This document shows positions 13,007 through 26,499 of a stretch of DNA of 64,000 nt, piece after piece. Both the position numbers and the translations under genes were made by a program. The notes under the pieces were generated by a model, which worked only from the letters and a program-made list of their open reading frames with translations, did no database searches and was not told the origin of the DNA. The stretch lies in assembly GCA_036172245.1 (NCBI GenBank), contig JAYWIR010000021.1:2728001-2792000 (forward strand), written 5' to 3'. This stretch comes from Raillietiella orientalis. Taxonomy: Eukaryota. Each line of letters opens with the position of its first letter. Within the stretch, counting starts at the first letter, position 1.

Positions 13007-16000
13007 TTTTTTGCGGGGGGGGGGAAGGAGGGGCATGGAGTTTTGCTTCAACGGAGTCAGCATTTTCACAGAACCCATACTCGTCAGCGTTGCTTGGCAG
13101 CCTCGGAGTCCTCGCACAGGGAAAGCCAGCACGTTGTCAGGGATGGAAGAAGGGAACGAGTGGTTGAGAGACGAGTAGGGAAGGGAAATAATGAGTTACT
13201 GGGCTAAAGTGCACGGGAGGTCTCAGTGTAACCTCGTAGGTCGAGACACAGAGAGTCCTCCGAGAAGCTTCCTCTCCGAGGAAACATCTCGGGTAGAAGA
13301 AATTGGTGAAAACATCCCAGAGATGTTCGGAAGCAACAGAACCTTTCCTGGTTACGCCAGGGATCGCTGCCTGCACGCATCACACCGGTGGAGGATGGAT
13401 ACTCCCGGAAAGGATAAGAGAGACCCGTCGTCTGCAAGGGTTTCGTGGGAAGAGGGCTGATAGGGGAAGAGGATTCTCCAAGCAGTGATTGCCTGGCAGT
13501 GTCAGCCATGCCGTTTTCCTTCCTTCCTCTGCTTTTCCCTCCAGGATTCCCTAGCAGAGCATGGCTGCCTACTCCGCGCCCGCCAGACTCCGCTCTGCAT
13601 GCTTTTTGAAACTTCCCACGGCAGCCGCTCCAGGGCCAGCGGTGGCAAAAGGTGAAAGCAAGCCGGATGCCGTCGCCAAAGCTACCGCGCTTTGAAATGG
13701 GGCGGAAACTTCCGTAAGGGAGAAAAGGAAGGAGGAGGGAGGCCCTTTTCGTCCCTCCCCGCGTCCTTTCTTTTGATTTCCTGTGCATCCGCACATCCTC
13801 TCGCATGAAGAGGTCCTCAGGAGAGTGCGCTAAAGAGAGAAGAAGGGGGGGGGAGAGGAAAAGACCTTGCAGCCACAACGGCAAACAGGAAGAGGGACAG
13901 CCTCTCGAAGGCTGCTTAAGACAGGAGCAGACGTTGGCGGCATCAGCTTCAGGCGAGGTGCTAAGGAATTGTGGAGGACGGCGCGCCTGGTCCCACTGTT
14001 GAGAGGAAGCGGGCGGTACACGCGCCAGGGTCAAAGGGAAAAGCAAAGCGCGGCTGACGACTGAAGAGTGCCGCCGCCTCAGCCGACGGGCAGGTGTGCA
14101 GCGGCAAGAGAGCGGAGGAGAGGAAGGAAAAGGGGAAGGGGAGGGAGAAGAGGAAAACGACGCACCCCTCATTGGCAGGCAAGCGAGGGAGCGAACCTCG
14201 CGTAAGTATCACTACGACGTATCTCCTCCTGCGCTCCCACTGACCCAGGGGGTCTTCCTTGCTTTCGGACTTCAGCACAGTCCCACTTTCCCCCCTCCTC
14301 TTCCCACTCCGACGAACGAGGAGGTTGCAGACGAGCCATTGGAAGGAGAAAAGGGAAGTTCTTTGGAGGCTGCGAGGACCGAAAACGCCGACAGAAGGAG
14401 GATGGCAACCAGATCTGATTCTTCTCCCCCTCTTCCGCTTCCCCATCACTCCCTGCAAGAAAAGGAAGGCGCTAGTGTGACCATCCTTTCGCGTGGAGCA
14501 AGAACAGAGGAAAAGAGACGGCTATTCGCGTCCACCGCGTGTCACCACGGGAATGGCGTCCAGCTCCCTCGAAGTCTTCCCTTGAAGACTCGACTCCGTC
14601 TTCCCCATGGATTTTCTTTTCCCCAGGGCTCCGCATTCTCTTCCTCCATTTTATCGGGATCTTCGAAACGGACCCAAACGGGGCGCAGGAAAGGTAGCGA
14701 GACCAGGGCCTACCGATACCCTGCTCTTTGTCCAGCCTATACCTTTTTCCTCGCTGTCCCTTCGGCCTTCCGGGCTCCCAAGCAGGAGACGGAAGCACCG
14801 TCGAGCGGGTTCCTCTGCAGATTCCGAGAAAGCCGCGAGCGAGGCGACCGCTGTTCGTCGCGGCAGGGTAAAGTCAGGAGAGAAACGTCACGGAAAGACG
14901 GCTCTTCCGTGTGGCCCACGTGTGCCAGCGGTGCTCGGCCTAGCTGAGGGGCGAGGCGCCGCGTGACGAGCCCTGGTTCTCCCGTGATCCATCGGCCAGC
15001 GCCAAGGGAACCGAGCGTGATTCCCGACTTCGGGAGAGCCTCTGGCGCATCGCCCCTCTGGCTGCTGTAGTCGCGCGGGAATCCGGACAGCGCGAGCGTC
15101 CCTTTCGCCGGCGTGCTCACGACGCAGGGAGTAGGGAAACACGTGCGCGTGACCCAGACGTGCTGGAAAGCGACACTTCCGTAGGAAGGACGCAAGCACG
15201 TGAGCTAGTTTGCTCGCGGTGCACGCATTCGCGAACGGAAGGGGAGGAGGGGCGCAGTGTTAGTCGAACTCTTGCACGAACGATGTGTGTATTAATTATG
15301 CACTGTGTTCGGGCCACGTAGCCAAAGGGAAGCGAGCGCAATGACATTCGAAAGCAGCAAAGGTGACACGTGCCACTCAAGCGCCCCCGTGCCTGCGTGG
15401 CTGCGTGCCTTCGCGGTTCTCTGTCAGGTGCGAAAAGCCGACGGAAGCCGCAAACCGACGAGGGCCGCGCCCTCTGCCCAGAACCGTCCGTCCGTGACTG
15501 CGAGCTCTCGCGTCACCGGTCCAGTTGGGTGAGATCTCGGCTCGCTCTTCCGAGGAGCAAGATCTTCTCATACGGAAGGTTTCCGATCGTCTTCGGCGGC
15601 CACCTTCCGGCTGAGGCCCATCCCTGGATCCCCGGTCGAAAATCACCATGAAAAAGGAGGAGTTCCCACAAAGTAATCAAGGAACGAGTTTTCGATTTGG
15701 TTTCTCTACACCTGGGGACCAAAGGTCCTGGCCTTCCTGTCGGCAGAGCTTCAAAGACCTACTGAATTCCTTTGGTAAACACGCTCCGTGCTTCCTTTCC
15801 CATCTATTGTTTCGCAGCAGAGGACAAAAAGATCTTTCTTAAATTTGTTCCCGGTTTTGCGAGCGTCCTTTAAGGGAAGCAAAGTTTGAAGGGAGGAAGA
15901 CAAAGGAAGAGCGCAAAATCATGTTTCCTGTTTAGAATTCGTCTCCAGGAAAAACGATGGAATCTTCCTGTCCTTTCGGGACGATTTGACACGCAGGGAG

Positions 16001-19000
16001 TAGCTGGCGGAGGCGTCTTCTGTGCTGCCATCTGTTCCGTAAGCTGAGGTATGTGCTGTGGGGACTGTGAATGAGAGCGATGCCTTTTAAACTGGCTATA
16101 TAGGAAAGGGGATGACGGGAAAAGATGGGAAGAAGGTGCTCTCCATCTTTCAGATAGGGTTTAGATGCTGTCTCCATGCTGTGGCACGCCTCCCTCCAAA
16201 GATCATGGCATCGCTGAAAGACGACGAGTGAAGATGCGAAAGCACCGCTCTCCAAGACGCTCCTTGCTCCAGTGCTCTTTTCTTCCGATCTTTTCGAGTA
16301 GGTTTCGACCCTATGGTCCCCATCTCCCAGCTCTGCGAGAACAATGAGGAAAATGAAGCCATCAAAGAGTGTCACCCTGGCTCGAAAAGGAGAAAAGCCT
16401 GAAAGGGACTGCACTGCTGACGAGCTCTCGGAAGTGAGACTTGGTCCTGAAGTGAGCCGAAAGCATTTGCTGCAGGAATTCGCGCCCGGAGGGAAGCAAC
16501 AACACGGTCCAAACGGAGAAGGGAAGAGTTCCCAGCGTGCCGTACCTTCTCCGGCAGGACACGCGGCAGCAGGGTTTTGAGTAAGAGGATGGAGAGCGTT
16601 CTACCGGATTCGGCGCATGTCTGCTCTGCCTCGTAGGTGAGCATGGCTGGATCCTTTTTTGCCTCTCTCACTATTCGCCGCCCACGCACAACCACGATGT
16701 TCTTTGCGCCCTTATTGGAAGGCACGTCGATGACAGAAACGGGAGATCATGAGATCTCTCTTTCATTGGGTTCTTCTTACCTTTTAAGTGCCCCATTAGT
16801 CTTATGGCGCCGTTGAGGTACCTACGGATGCTGGTTTCCACGGACCATATTCTCCAGAACACGAAACTCATTGCATCCTTCCGGGGAAACTCATCAGGTG
16901 ACCTCCGTTTGCGTTCTTAGCCATGCAAGCACGCTAAGCTCAAGCACGAGAAACCTTCCAGGACATCTCCCTGTCCACCTGAGGGTGCGGTGATGTTTCT
17001 ACCTGTAGCTCAATACACAAGTGGCGCAACGCGTAATTTGCTCTACATTTGAATGGCTCAGTATCAAAATGGCACTGAATCTAAAATACCTTGCCCGACC
17101 ACTGAATGCGCGCGAGAAAACTTTCAAGCTATTTATAAGTTCCCTTGTGAGTTTGCAGCTCATCTCGGGGGAGGATCCTGTAATCCCTCACACGGTCCTC
17201 TTAAAGGTGCGAATTGATGGATAAGTAAATGTCGAGTCGTAACGGCAGGAAGTTGGCATTTTCCTGGCTTTGCGCATGGTATTCGTTGCTTTGAAACGTT
17301 TTTCTTACTCTTCGGTTACAGTTTCCATCTGCTCCTTAGCGGAAGTATGAGGAACACGCCCCCCCCCCAAAAAAAACAGAAGGATGCTCTTTGCAGCCTT
17401 GTGCTCTGCTTCGGAACCAGAACAAGGACAGGCAGCCTTCGCCCTCCGGGAGTGAGGAGGGGAGACGTGATTTTCGTAAGGCGCAGGAATTTCTTATCAG
17501 TGCATGCGGCTGCTGCGTTGGTCTCTTTCCACATGCGGAAAAGGAAATCCAATTTCGAGGGCACAAAGAAACGTAGCGAATTAAGTGGTTGGTTCGGATC
17601 TCCTTCCTTGAAACGGCAACTGTTGTTCCGACGGGACAGCAGTTATTAGCAGAAACGCAACTCGAACGCGGGAAGCTGCTGAATCATCCGGACCAATATT
17701 TAACAGGAATTATTTGCAGATGGGATCCCGAGGAGCGCGGATTCGGGGCTCCGTTCGCAGGCTCCGGAAGAGCTTCTTCCTCGCCGCCGGAGCCCAGGCG
17801 CTGCAGTCGAGGCGAAGCGCGCTGCTGCTCGTCCGTCTTGTTTACAGTCCGCCAGCGTTCCCCGATGGACCGAAAAATAGACTCCCGGCGCAGGTTTCCG
17901 AATCACGATGAGCAGTGATTAGTGTTTGTGAAGCGAGAGAGCTGGGTGATTTATCCGGAGAGAGCGAGGTGCGTGCGAGGGCGAGACGGAAACGGTCACG
18001 CGGTCGTGTGATTTGGCTGCTCCAGCGTCCGACAGCCCTTCTTTTGCTTACAGTTACCCGGAAGATTCATCGCAGTAGCGAGAACCGCGGTGCGGTGGGA
18101 GTGCTCCTTCCCCCCGAGAGGCAGAGAGTTGAGGCGAACGCGAAGTGCAAGCTAGGAGTTGCCGAGAGCAGGAGATGCGAAAGAAGCAGGTCCAGCAGCG
18201 GTTCCATCCATCCCTGTGGGGAGCTCTTCGTACCGAGGACGCTGCCCGAGGCCCTTCGGCGACCAAAGGGAAGGCGACGAGCTACGAGGTTCCAATCCGA
18301 CCAGGATTTCACCGGGGCTGTGGGAAGAGAATCCCGTTCAAGACGGATAATGAGGATTCCTAAAAGAGGAGGACTGGTGGCTCTTTGCTTCATCTCCTCG
18401 CCGATCAGAAGAAACGGAGCCACTGGTTCTCGGGCGCTGTAAAGCTGAGCGCCTCCTAGGAGCATCGTCTGCTCCTCCCGGGATGAAAAATGAAAGCGCT
18501 GCGAACAGTGCATGATTTACGTTAACGCCAACTTTTACGGTTTTATAAATATTTCCGGTCTTTGATGGGGGGGAGGAAGGTGGAGGGGGGAAATGTTGAA
18601 GTTTCCAAGATTGGCACGGAACTTGAAGGACCGTGACACAGAGCTAATGTGTTTCTAATCAGAATATTTTGATGAATGCTCTCTTCGAGATGATAAATTT
18701 CACAGAAGTTTCCAGAACAAAGCCAATTTTGTCTTTCCTTCTCCCTCCTTTCTTTTTTCGGTAATTGTTGCTGAGGCAAAAATGATCCATCCGGAGGACC
18801 CTCCATCTTCGCGGAGGAGAGGAAGAAGAAGAAAAACGAAGATATGAAAGTTTCTCATGCTCAGCATATGAAACAAACGGAACTTTGCCGCGAGCCATAC
18901 AGATTTTCGCTTACGTGAACCCGGAAACGAGAACTTTGAGCTTTTCCGGGTCCCAGCTGATTGCAAACGCGAGGGTCCCGCGTGAAAAATGAGGATTTTG

Positions 19001-19272
19001 GCAAGGGATGGGAGGAAGGGGGCGCACGAGAGGAAGCAAAGAAGAGCTCGTGAAGCTGGGATTGCAGATCGCTGCAGTGGACGTCAGGTGCTGAGCGCCT
19101 ACGCCTTCGCGTTTCACCTTTTGCGAAGTTCCGTTCGGAAAGGAACCGTCCCTCCCGAACTCATCTGGGCAGCAGCATCCGCACCGGGAAATCCTTGGGA
19201 GCAGCTCACGGGCTCCTCGGTGAGCACGGAATCATCGTGTGTGTTCCTTTGCTTCTCGCAGATCAAGTACTG

Positions 19273-19480
19273 ATGCTCGTCCACTTACGCCGTTCGAGCG
19301 CTCCTCTTAATCCCGTGGAGTACTTGAAACCGAAAAGCGACGTGTGTACGGCGGACCAACCATTCTTCCCCGAAATAAAAAGGACCGAGGGGTTCTCTTT
19401 TGAAATCAATCAGCTTCGTCCCGAGACATCTGTCTGCGGGGCTTCTTCGGTCGCATTCATCGGGCAGCGGCATTCGGGGT
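19273..19480 (+). mobile_element. Possible decayed Tc1/mariner transposase C-terminal fragment
   Basis: RSSAPLNPVEYLKPKSDVCTADQPFFPEIKRTEGFSFEINQLRPET resembles the SPDLNPIE..LK..V....ELK..I....I motif; no TIRs found. Confidence 0.3.
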
Positions 19481-22400
19481 CACGGGTTGTTTTTCTGCCC
19501 GAAGGATTTAGGCGTTCCCAAGCTGGCAACGGCGAAGTGTCGTCTTCTTTCCCCGAGGTGTTCTCTGTTTGCCCGAATTCCCCTCTGATCGTACTTTTGC
19601 TTGCAAATTCTTCAGAAGCACACATCCTTGCTACACGTCTCCGCACACAAACACACACACACAAATGCATACTTTTTTTCCCTTCACACCTGGGGTCAAG
19701 TAGGTTGATTCATCCTGTGGTTTCGCTCGGCAACATCTTCTTTGGAGCGGAATGCTAATTTTAACATCTTTCATCATGCAAGCGGAAACCTCCAGCCATG
19801 TCAGAGATGGAGCGCATTTTCAAGAGCTCTCGAGCTATGCAAACGACAACCACTTTCGCTTTTTCCAGAAGATCGGATGAGAAAGTGTCGTTACCATTAC
19901 ACGGTGGCCCCCAATTTGCTACACCGGCTAGGAGGCATGACGTGACTGCGATGATGTTGTTGTCAAGGTGCCGCTATGATGTTGTTGTGTTGCTTAGCAT
20001 TTCTTCAGCTTCCGAAAAAGCCGGAAGGACCACCGTGCACGCGACAACAGCCCCCTCTTATTGGATGTAAGATGAAAATCGAGAGGCGCGCCTTCTTCGA
20101 AGAGGATCTTCGGAACGGTTCTCGTGGAAATAGCTCTTCTCCCGAAATAAAGCCGAGTTTTCAGGGGAATTCACAGGGATGTACCGATCCTCCGCGAATT
20201 CTTAGCGAATCTGGAGCCAACCAAGCGAATGTGTGCCATCCCTTTCATCTGAGCGCGGTTTCAAAAAAAAAAAGAAGAAGAAGAATTAGCGAGAGGAAAT
20301 CCGGAGGAAATGAAAACTGATGAACACATTTCAATGAGCACAGATGCTGCACATGAAGAAGAGGAGGGAAACCCAGAGGCTGATACTCCTCAGAACGAGA
20401 AAGAGAGATGCGATCGATTCCTACTCGGAATACATAGGAAGCTCCGGGAAATTCACATACTTCAGCTTTTAGCTTGTCCGATTTCAAATTGAGTTTCCTC
20501 AGATTGCGGGGGCGAATGCTTTTGGGAAGGAAAAGCTGAATAACGCGATAAGCAGAGGTTTCCTCAGCAGAGCACATTATCCGCAAACAGCAGATTCAGC
20601 AGCAGAAGACGCTCATTGGTGCAAAAACTGAGGCTGCAACCTTCCTGGGGAAAAAAACAAAACAGCAAACAAACGTGAAGACGAGAAAAATTCACTAGCT
20701 GGGTCCTTCCCCCCCTTACCCCCCGTCCCTTATGTTGTCGTTCACCTCCCTATGAAAAAAATGAGCCTAATTTTTAGGGGAGTCCACCCGCGGTGTTCCA
20801 TTCGAAGAAAGCCCAAAACCGTTTTTGCGAATCCTTTCAATTTTTTATGCGCCTCCGTTTCCGTGGCTTTGCTCTTCTCTCTGAGCTCGGCTTCAGTCTG
20901 CACACTGAAAGCCCCAGGAGCCGAAGTGGATTAGTGGATGAACTGCCTCTGTTGTTTGCTATTCCTCATGAAGGCATTTGCTTTGAACGTTTTGGCAGTG
21001 GAAAATTGACCTCAGGTGGAACAGTGGCAGGTAAATGATGTAAATTAATGATGGGAATCCCAGAACCATTTGCAGTTGCTGTGGTCATCAGAGCAGCTGC
21101 GTGCTCGTTTTAAGCTCCTGGCGGAAAGCACTTTAGGTGACGCGAAATTCTTAAGTGCACACACATTCCGGCACCTTCGGAGCTCTTCTCAATGGACCTG
21201 TTTTCACCCGAGCAGCATGCCCACCTCGCATTCCACTCAGAAGAGGCGTCCCAAGCAAAACAGGATGGAAAACAATCAGTCGAGTCTCGGGATAAGAAAA
21301 TAAACACACACACGCAGGCAAGTACGAGGTGAACGGAAGCGCCGTGGCAAAGACGAAAAGGAGACCAAGTCGCCCTCTCATCCCGCTAGAAAAAAACAAA
21401 AAAAAAAGGGGGGTGGGGCTTCAAAAGGTTTATGCGAGCCGAGATGAGCGGCAGCTGTTCATCCTCTTCGCTCTGGATCCGAGAATGGCTGAAGCATCGT
21501 TTCCTGATCAGGTCCATAACACTTGAGGGTGGGGCCCTCGCTTTGGTGGGGGAAACTGCGTTTGTGGGGAAAAAGTCTCCTGCTCTTTTGGAAAGCAGGG
21601 CTTACCGCTGACGGGAAAGACGTGACACGTGTGGATCACTCGGATCCCGGCTTCGAAGATCGCGGGACGTCCTCTCGGGGCAGCCGCTGCACCCGGAGGC
21701 AGGAAATTCGTGATCCCCGGCGCGTCCCGTGGTACTTGCCATGATGGCGTTCCCGTGATGTCGTCGTCTTTCCCGCGTGCTGCGTTATCGCGCTTGGGGT
21801 TGGTGCTCGGGGAGATGGTGGGTTCGCTTCGAAAGGCACGTTGCAGAACAGACGTTTCTGCAATTTTCCACCCCGAAACTTTCGCACTGAGGACCGAGGC
21901 AGAGTGGCCACAAATTAAGTGGTTGCACAAGAAGGGCACCGGGAAACTCCCAAACGTGATTACGAATTCGCAGGCCGAAGAAAAGATCGGAATATGCCCT
22001 CCCCACAAGTTTCGTAAGTGAGGGCTCTTTGTGGGCAACTTGGCCTTAAAGAGTTGTGATAGTTTGTGCGTGTGTTCTGATTGCGGCATTTTGAAATTCA
22101 TAATTTTCAGAAACTCTGTTATCTTCGTCCAAAAAAAGAAAAAAAAAAAAAAAAAAGAGACGAGGGGGGAGGGGGAGGGCGATCGATACGAGCTGGTTAT
22201 CTTGATATCTGCTCTCTTCTGATTGTCATTCCAACCGTCTGCATCGAGTGAACGTGGAGCCTCCTTGCTTTATTTAAGATGAGGCACTGCGAGAGAACCG
22301 GAAAGGACACAATAACCACCAAACCCGGAATCGCATGGATCAAAGAAACAGAAGGAAATACCGATCGATGAAGTCCTTTACATTTCCCAAGGAGTCCTTT

Positions 22401-25400
22401 TCCCAACTTCAACGGCCACTTTCTCGGAGGAACCGAGTGATTGTCAAAACCACCAGAGAGGAAACACGGCGATAAATATGCCTCAGGAAGAACAAGGCTG
22501 CTTGAATGAAGAGATGTAAATGTCCGAAGTTCAGAATAGTAACCACTGCCGAGTGTCCAATATATCACGGAAAATCAGACTGCAATAGAAGGAGTGTCCC
22601 TGCCACGAAGAGAGGTCTGCTTGCGAGGCATTCGATGATGCTTTCTTCTCGGCAGGCCATCTTGATGATTCATCGTGGAATTGATAAACGCTCGAATTGT
22701 CGGAAGTGGTCCGTAGATCAGATCGAGCGTCCTGCGGATATCTGCAGATAAGAATGATCAGCGGTGCCATCGAATGCGAGGAGCATCATCGCCAACGTGA
22801 TCTCGTCCGGAGAGAAATCCGCACACAAATTGCACGAAGACGCTCCTCGCTCATGAGAAACAAGCAAAAGGGGGAGAAGAGGAAGAAGGGAAGAAAAAAA
22901 AAAAAAAAAGTCCTGATTCCGTTGCGAGGCACCTGTAGCCGACGTCCGGAACACCCGGGGACTTAACGAAATTCTAATCTTCCACGATGAAATGGAACTC
23001 GACTTGTGTCTAGCCAGCTGCTCCCATCTCCATCTTCCTCCAGACCGACTCTTGCCGCCGGACTCGAATCATGCACCGAGCGCCGAAGGCAAGAAAGTAG
23101 GCGCATAGGTAGCCGGCTGCCCTGGTTCGCCGCCAGCGTCCTGGTACGCAAAAATGTTAACCTGAAGAAGCGACTCGGGGAATTCTTGTGCGAGGCATCG
23201 TCCCTGAGGGATTTTCCGAGGACTCACTCCTCTCGTTTCGTTGCGCATCCTAAGGTTGGGCCGGGAGCGCTCTGATTGATCTCCTCGCCTTGGACCACGG
23301 TAGGACTCACGGAATCTTCAAGGGTTGCAGTGAGCTGCTCGCTGCTGTGACGAGTGCGGAAACGCCGCTTGCCAAAATAGGTCTGGGATTCAACCAGCGT
23401 TCGTGGAGCATTTCGCTTCCGCCTTAGATGCCCACTCTGTTTGACCATTCCATTTCATCACCAGCGGTGGTCTTGAACGACAGTCCGAAATTCCTCTTGT
23501 TTGCACTTTTCCGCTCTTTCCCCTCCTCCCCACCACCCCAGATCCACAGTCGTCGCGCTAATCTGCCGTGATTGCTTCCCGTGACTTCACTCTTCGCAGG
23601 GAGCTACACGCACTGCAGCCTTGCACGCGGGCGGCAGAGGATGCCGTGGCTGTTGACGAAGAACTGTGCTAGCGAAGAAATGCTCATTTGTTAGCAACGT
23701 CCGCACGAAAAGAGGCCCGTGAAAATGCCCCGCCCCAGCTTGAGAAAATAGCCTGCAGATGGCATCCCAATCCTTTGGCTGCTGCAGCCAGGAGACAGCG
23801 AGATCGGCTGGTCTGGTAACACTAAGAAACGCCATTCAGATGTCACAGCGGCCCGCTTCGCGAGCACAGGAGACCACGTTCTGCATCTCCAGGAGCACAT
23901 CAGGGATCCGTGTGTCTCTCCGCACCTTGCGAAAGCTGACATCCATGTGGCTCGTTTTTATCTTAGCCAAGGTACCTTCGGAAGCGCGCAGGCATGGAAG
24001 GCCAAAATGCCCGAGGGCCAAAAACTACAAGGAAGTGAAAAGGCGCTTTTCGTTTCCTGCCCAACTGAGCGGACATACTGAAAATTTCGGTGAGGTTCGG
24101 AGAAGCTGAAAACGGGAAAAGCCCCACTCACTACCAGTCAGTGCGCGTGATCCGACCGGGCGAACTTTCGTCGGAATCTCTCGCCCCCCCGCAGAAACAA
24201 GGGCTGCCCGAATAGAGGAACGCAGGTCCTGAGGACTGCGGTTTGCTGCATCCAGCTCATCTCTAGAAGGCGGCGAGGCCGCAACTGGCTCCGAGAAACG
24301 CAAAACCGATCTCGGCTGCTGAACTTCCTGCAAGCCGCACGTGATCCCATCGAGTCTCTCCTTCCGCCTCCCGAAGGAATCGATTCGCGATCGTTCCGGT
24401 GCGGAGGCTCCGAGAAAGCTGGGAATAGGAGGGAGCCAGTTCCGAACCCGCGAAAAATCATCCGAAACTCCGCGAAGGCACAACGGCATCGGAAGCATTC
24501 GCGTCCTCGTTCCCGAGAGATCTCCAAGAGCCGCTTTCCCCCTCTGCTGCGGGAGTCCCGAATTTCGAGACACCAGCTTCCAAAGGACACCACCACCAGG
24601 CCCGTCATGGCGCGTTTTTGTTTCCCTGTCTCTCTCTCTCTCTCTCCCCCCCCCCCTTTCGCGATCCGCTCCAGTAAACACGCGACAACACGGAGAAATA
24701 CGTCACATTAAGTGAGACGACCTTGAAAATCGTATCACTTGCAGGCGAGCTATTACAAGACGCTTCCCAACAACCTCCTGCAGAGGACCGCTGTGCATGC
24801 GTGCTCACTGGATCCGTCCGTATTTTACAATTCACGTGATAATTCGGGGATCAGCACGAAATCTTCTGAGAGAGAAAGAAACAAAAGGGGAGAAGAAAAA
24901 AAAAAAAAATACGCAAATTCTGTGATGGGAGTGACCACCTAGAAGTTCAGTGGAAAGATAATGGTTGTAGACCTAAGAGGAGGCATTGAAAAATGGCGGC
25001 GCTCAGTTTCCTTAGAATACTTATCCTTTTATCTTATTTACGTAGGGGGGAAAACGTGCAAGGACAATGAAAGGTCTCTCGGGCGGGTATCCCTGCGCAA
25101 CAACTAGCTGGCTGGTGTGGTCCCAGCTAGTCCAGTGCTAAGGTCGAACCAGGGAAGGCTACCCAACGTCACTGTAGAGGTCCGGATGCAGAGAAGCGAG
25201 GATGTTCGCAGCAGCTCTCTGCTGCCGCTCAACGGTGCACCAAATGCCAGGGAGTGTGTGCTGGCTGGGTCTCGACAGGGATTCGTGAATCCCGAGCTCA
25301 GTAGGTGGAGAGGAGAGCGGGACCGAAGAGATTCGGAGATTGAGTTCAAGCTTGCCTCAGGAAGATCAAGAGCACGTAGGGGAAAGATGCCACCTGATCG

Positions 25401-26458
25401 TTGGGATCATGACTCGAAACCATGGACCGCTCTTCCACGCGAGGGTGTTCCCAGTTGCGGTCAAATTCCCGTGTCTTTCCTTCCAGATGCGCTGCAAAGC
25501 GAAATCCAGTGAAAGAAAGAAATCGGGGGCGTTGGGGTGTTTCAGCGGATCAGCGGAGATATGACTGCAGAGCGAAGCTGCCTGCAAAAGGGGAGCCTGC
25601 ACCTATTAATGTGTAGCAGCGGAATGTTGCAAAGTCGTACACCAGACCGTGCCCGGAACGAGGAAACTGTCGGAACCGGGAAAAACTCGAACCGGGAAGG
25701 GCGTAGCTACGCAGCCGACGTAGCACCAGAGTATTTCCAGCATCTGATGCCTTGAGATGAAGTCCGCAAAGGGAAAATACAGGGAAATGACGATCCCTTC
25801 CTTCGGGTCTGCTGAGATGCTCGTTGAGTACAGCCTCGTCCCCCAGTGCTCTCTTTCTGCTTCCTGGAGGAAAAAGCGGAGGGATTCCCTGCGTATCTCC
25901 CCGCCTGTCTGTCCAAACTGCACCGTTCCTTTGTCTCCTTCCGCCGCGGTGATATGAGGTCTGTGCGCCACACAAAACCACAGGCAGCGTGCACGCGGCA
26001 ATTTTGTCTCCGCGGCCGTTTCCTCCTGGAGCTCCGTCGCCATCTGACCAGTCATGACCAGTTTCAGTTTTGGATGCTTCATCCGATCAGGACCGCAACT
26101 CTGCCTGGGGGTGCGACCTCTTCCTTCTCCTCGTCCGTTTGCTCCAAGCACGAGGTGGTTTCCCGCGTGCACGAATACCAACATTTCGAAAACACGCCAC
26201 AGTGGGGACGGACAACCCATGGCGGAAACACACGGAGGTTATCACAGGAAAAGGCGAACCGCATGAGATGTACGAAACGGATCTTTATGGCTGGAATACG
26301 GATTATCCTTCCCAGCATCATTAAGTAAAACAAGCTTATCAATTCATTAGGTGAGTAGGGTGGACAGAGAGAGGAGATGGGTGATCAACCGGTTCTACAG
26401 TGGTCGCTTCTATATTCTCCATTAAGGAAAAAAAAATGATGGCTACTGATACTCTAAA

Positions 26459-26463
26459 ACACA

Positions 26464-26498
<35 letters not shown>
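26459..26498. repeat. Compound (AC)n(AG)n microsatellite
   Basis: Read directly from the sequence. Confidence 0.95.

Positions 26499-26499
<1 letters not shown>

Noticed and set aside
13204..14947. 322-aa and 283-aa ORFs
   Set aside because: Low complexity, driven by GA-rich tracts; no recognisable motif
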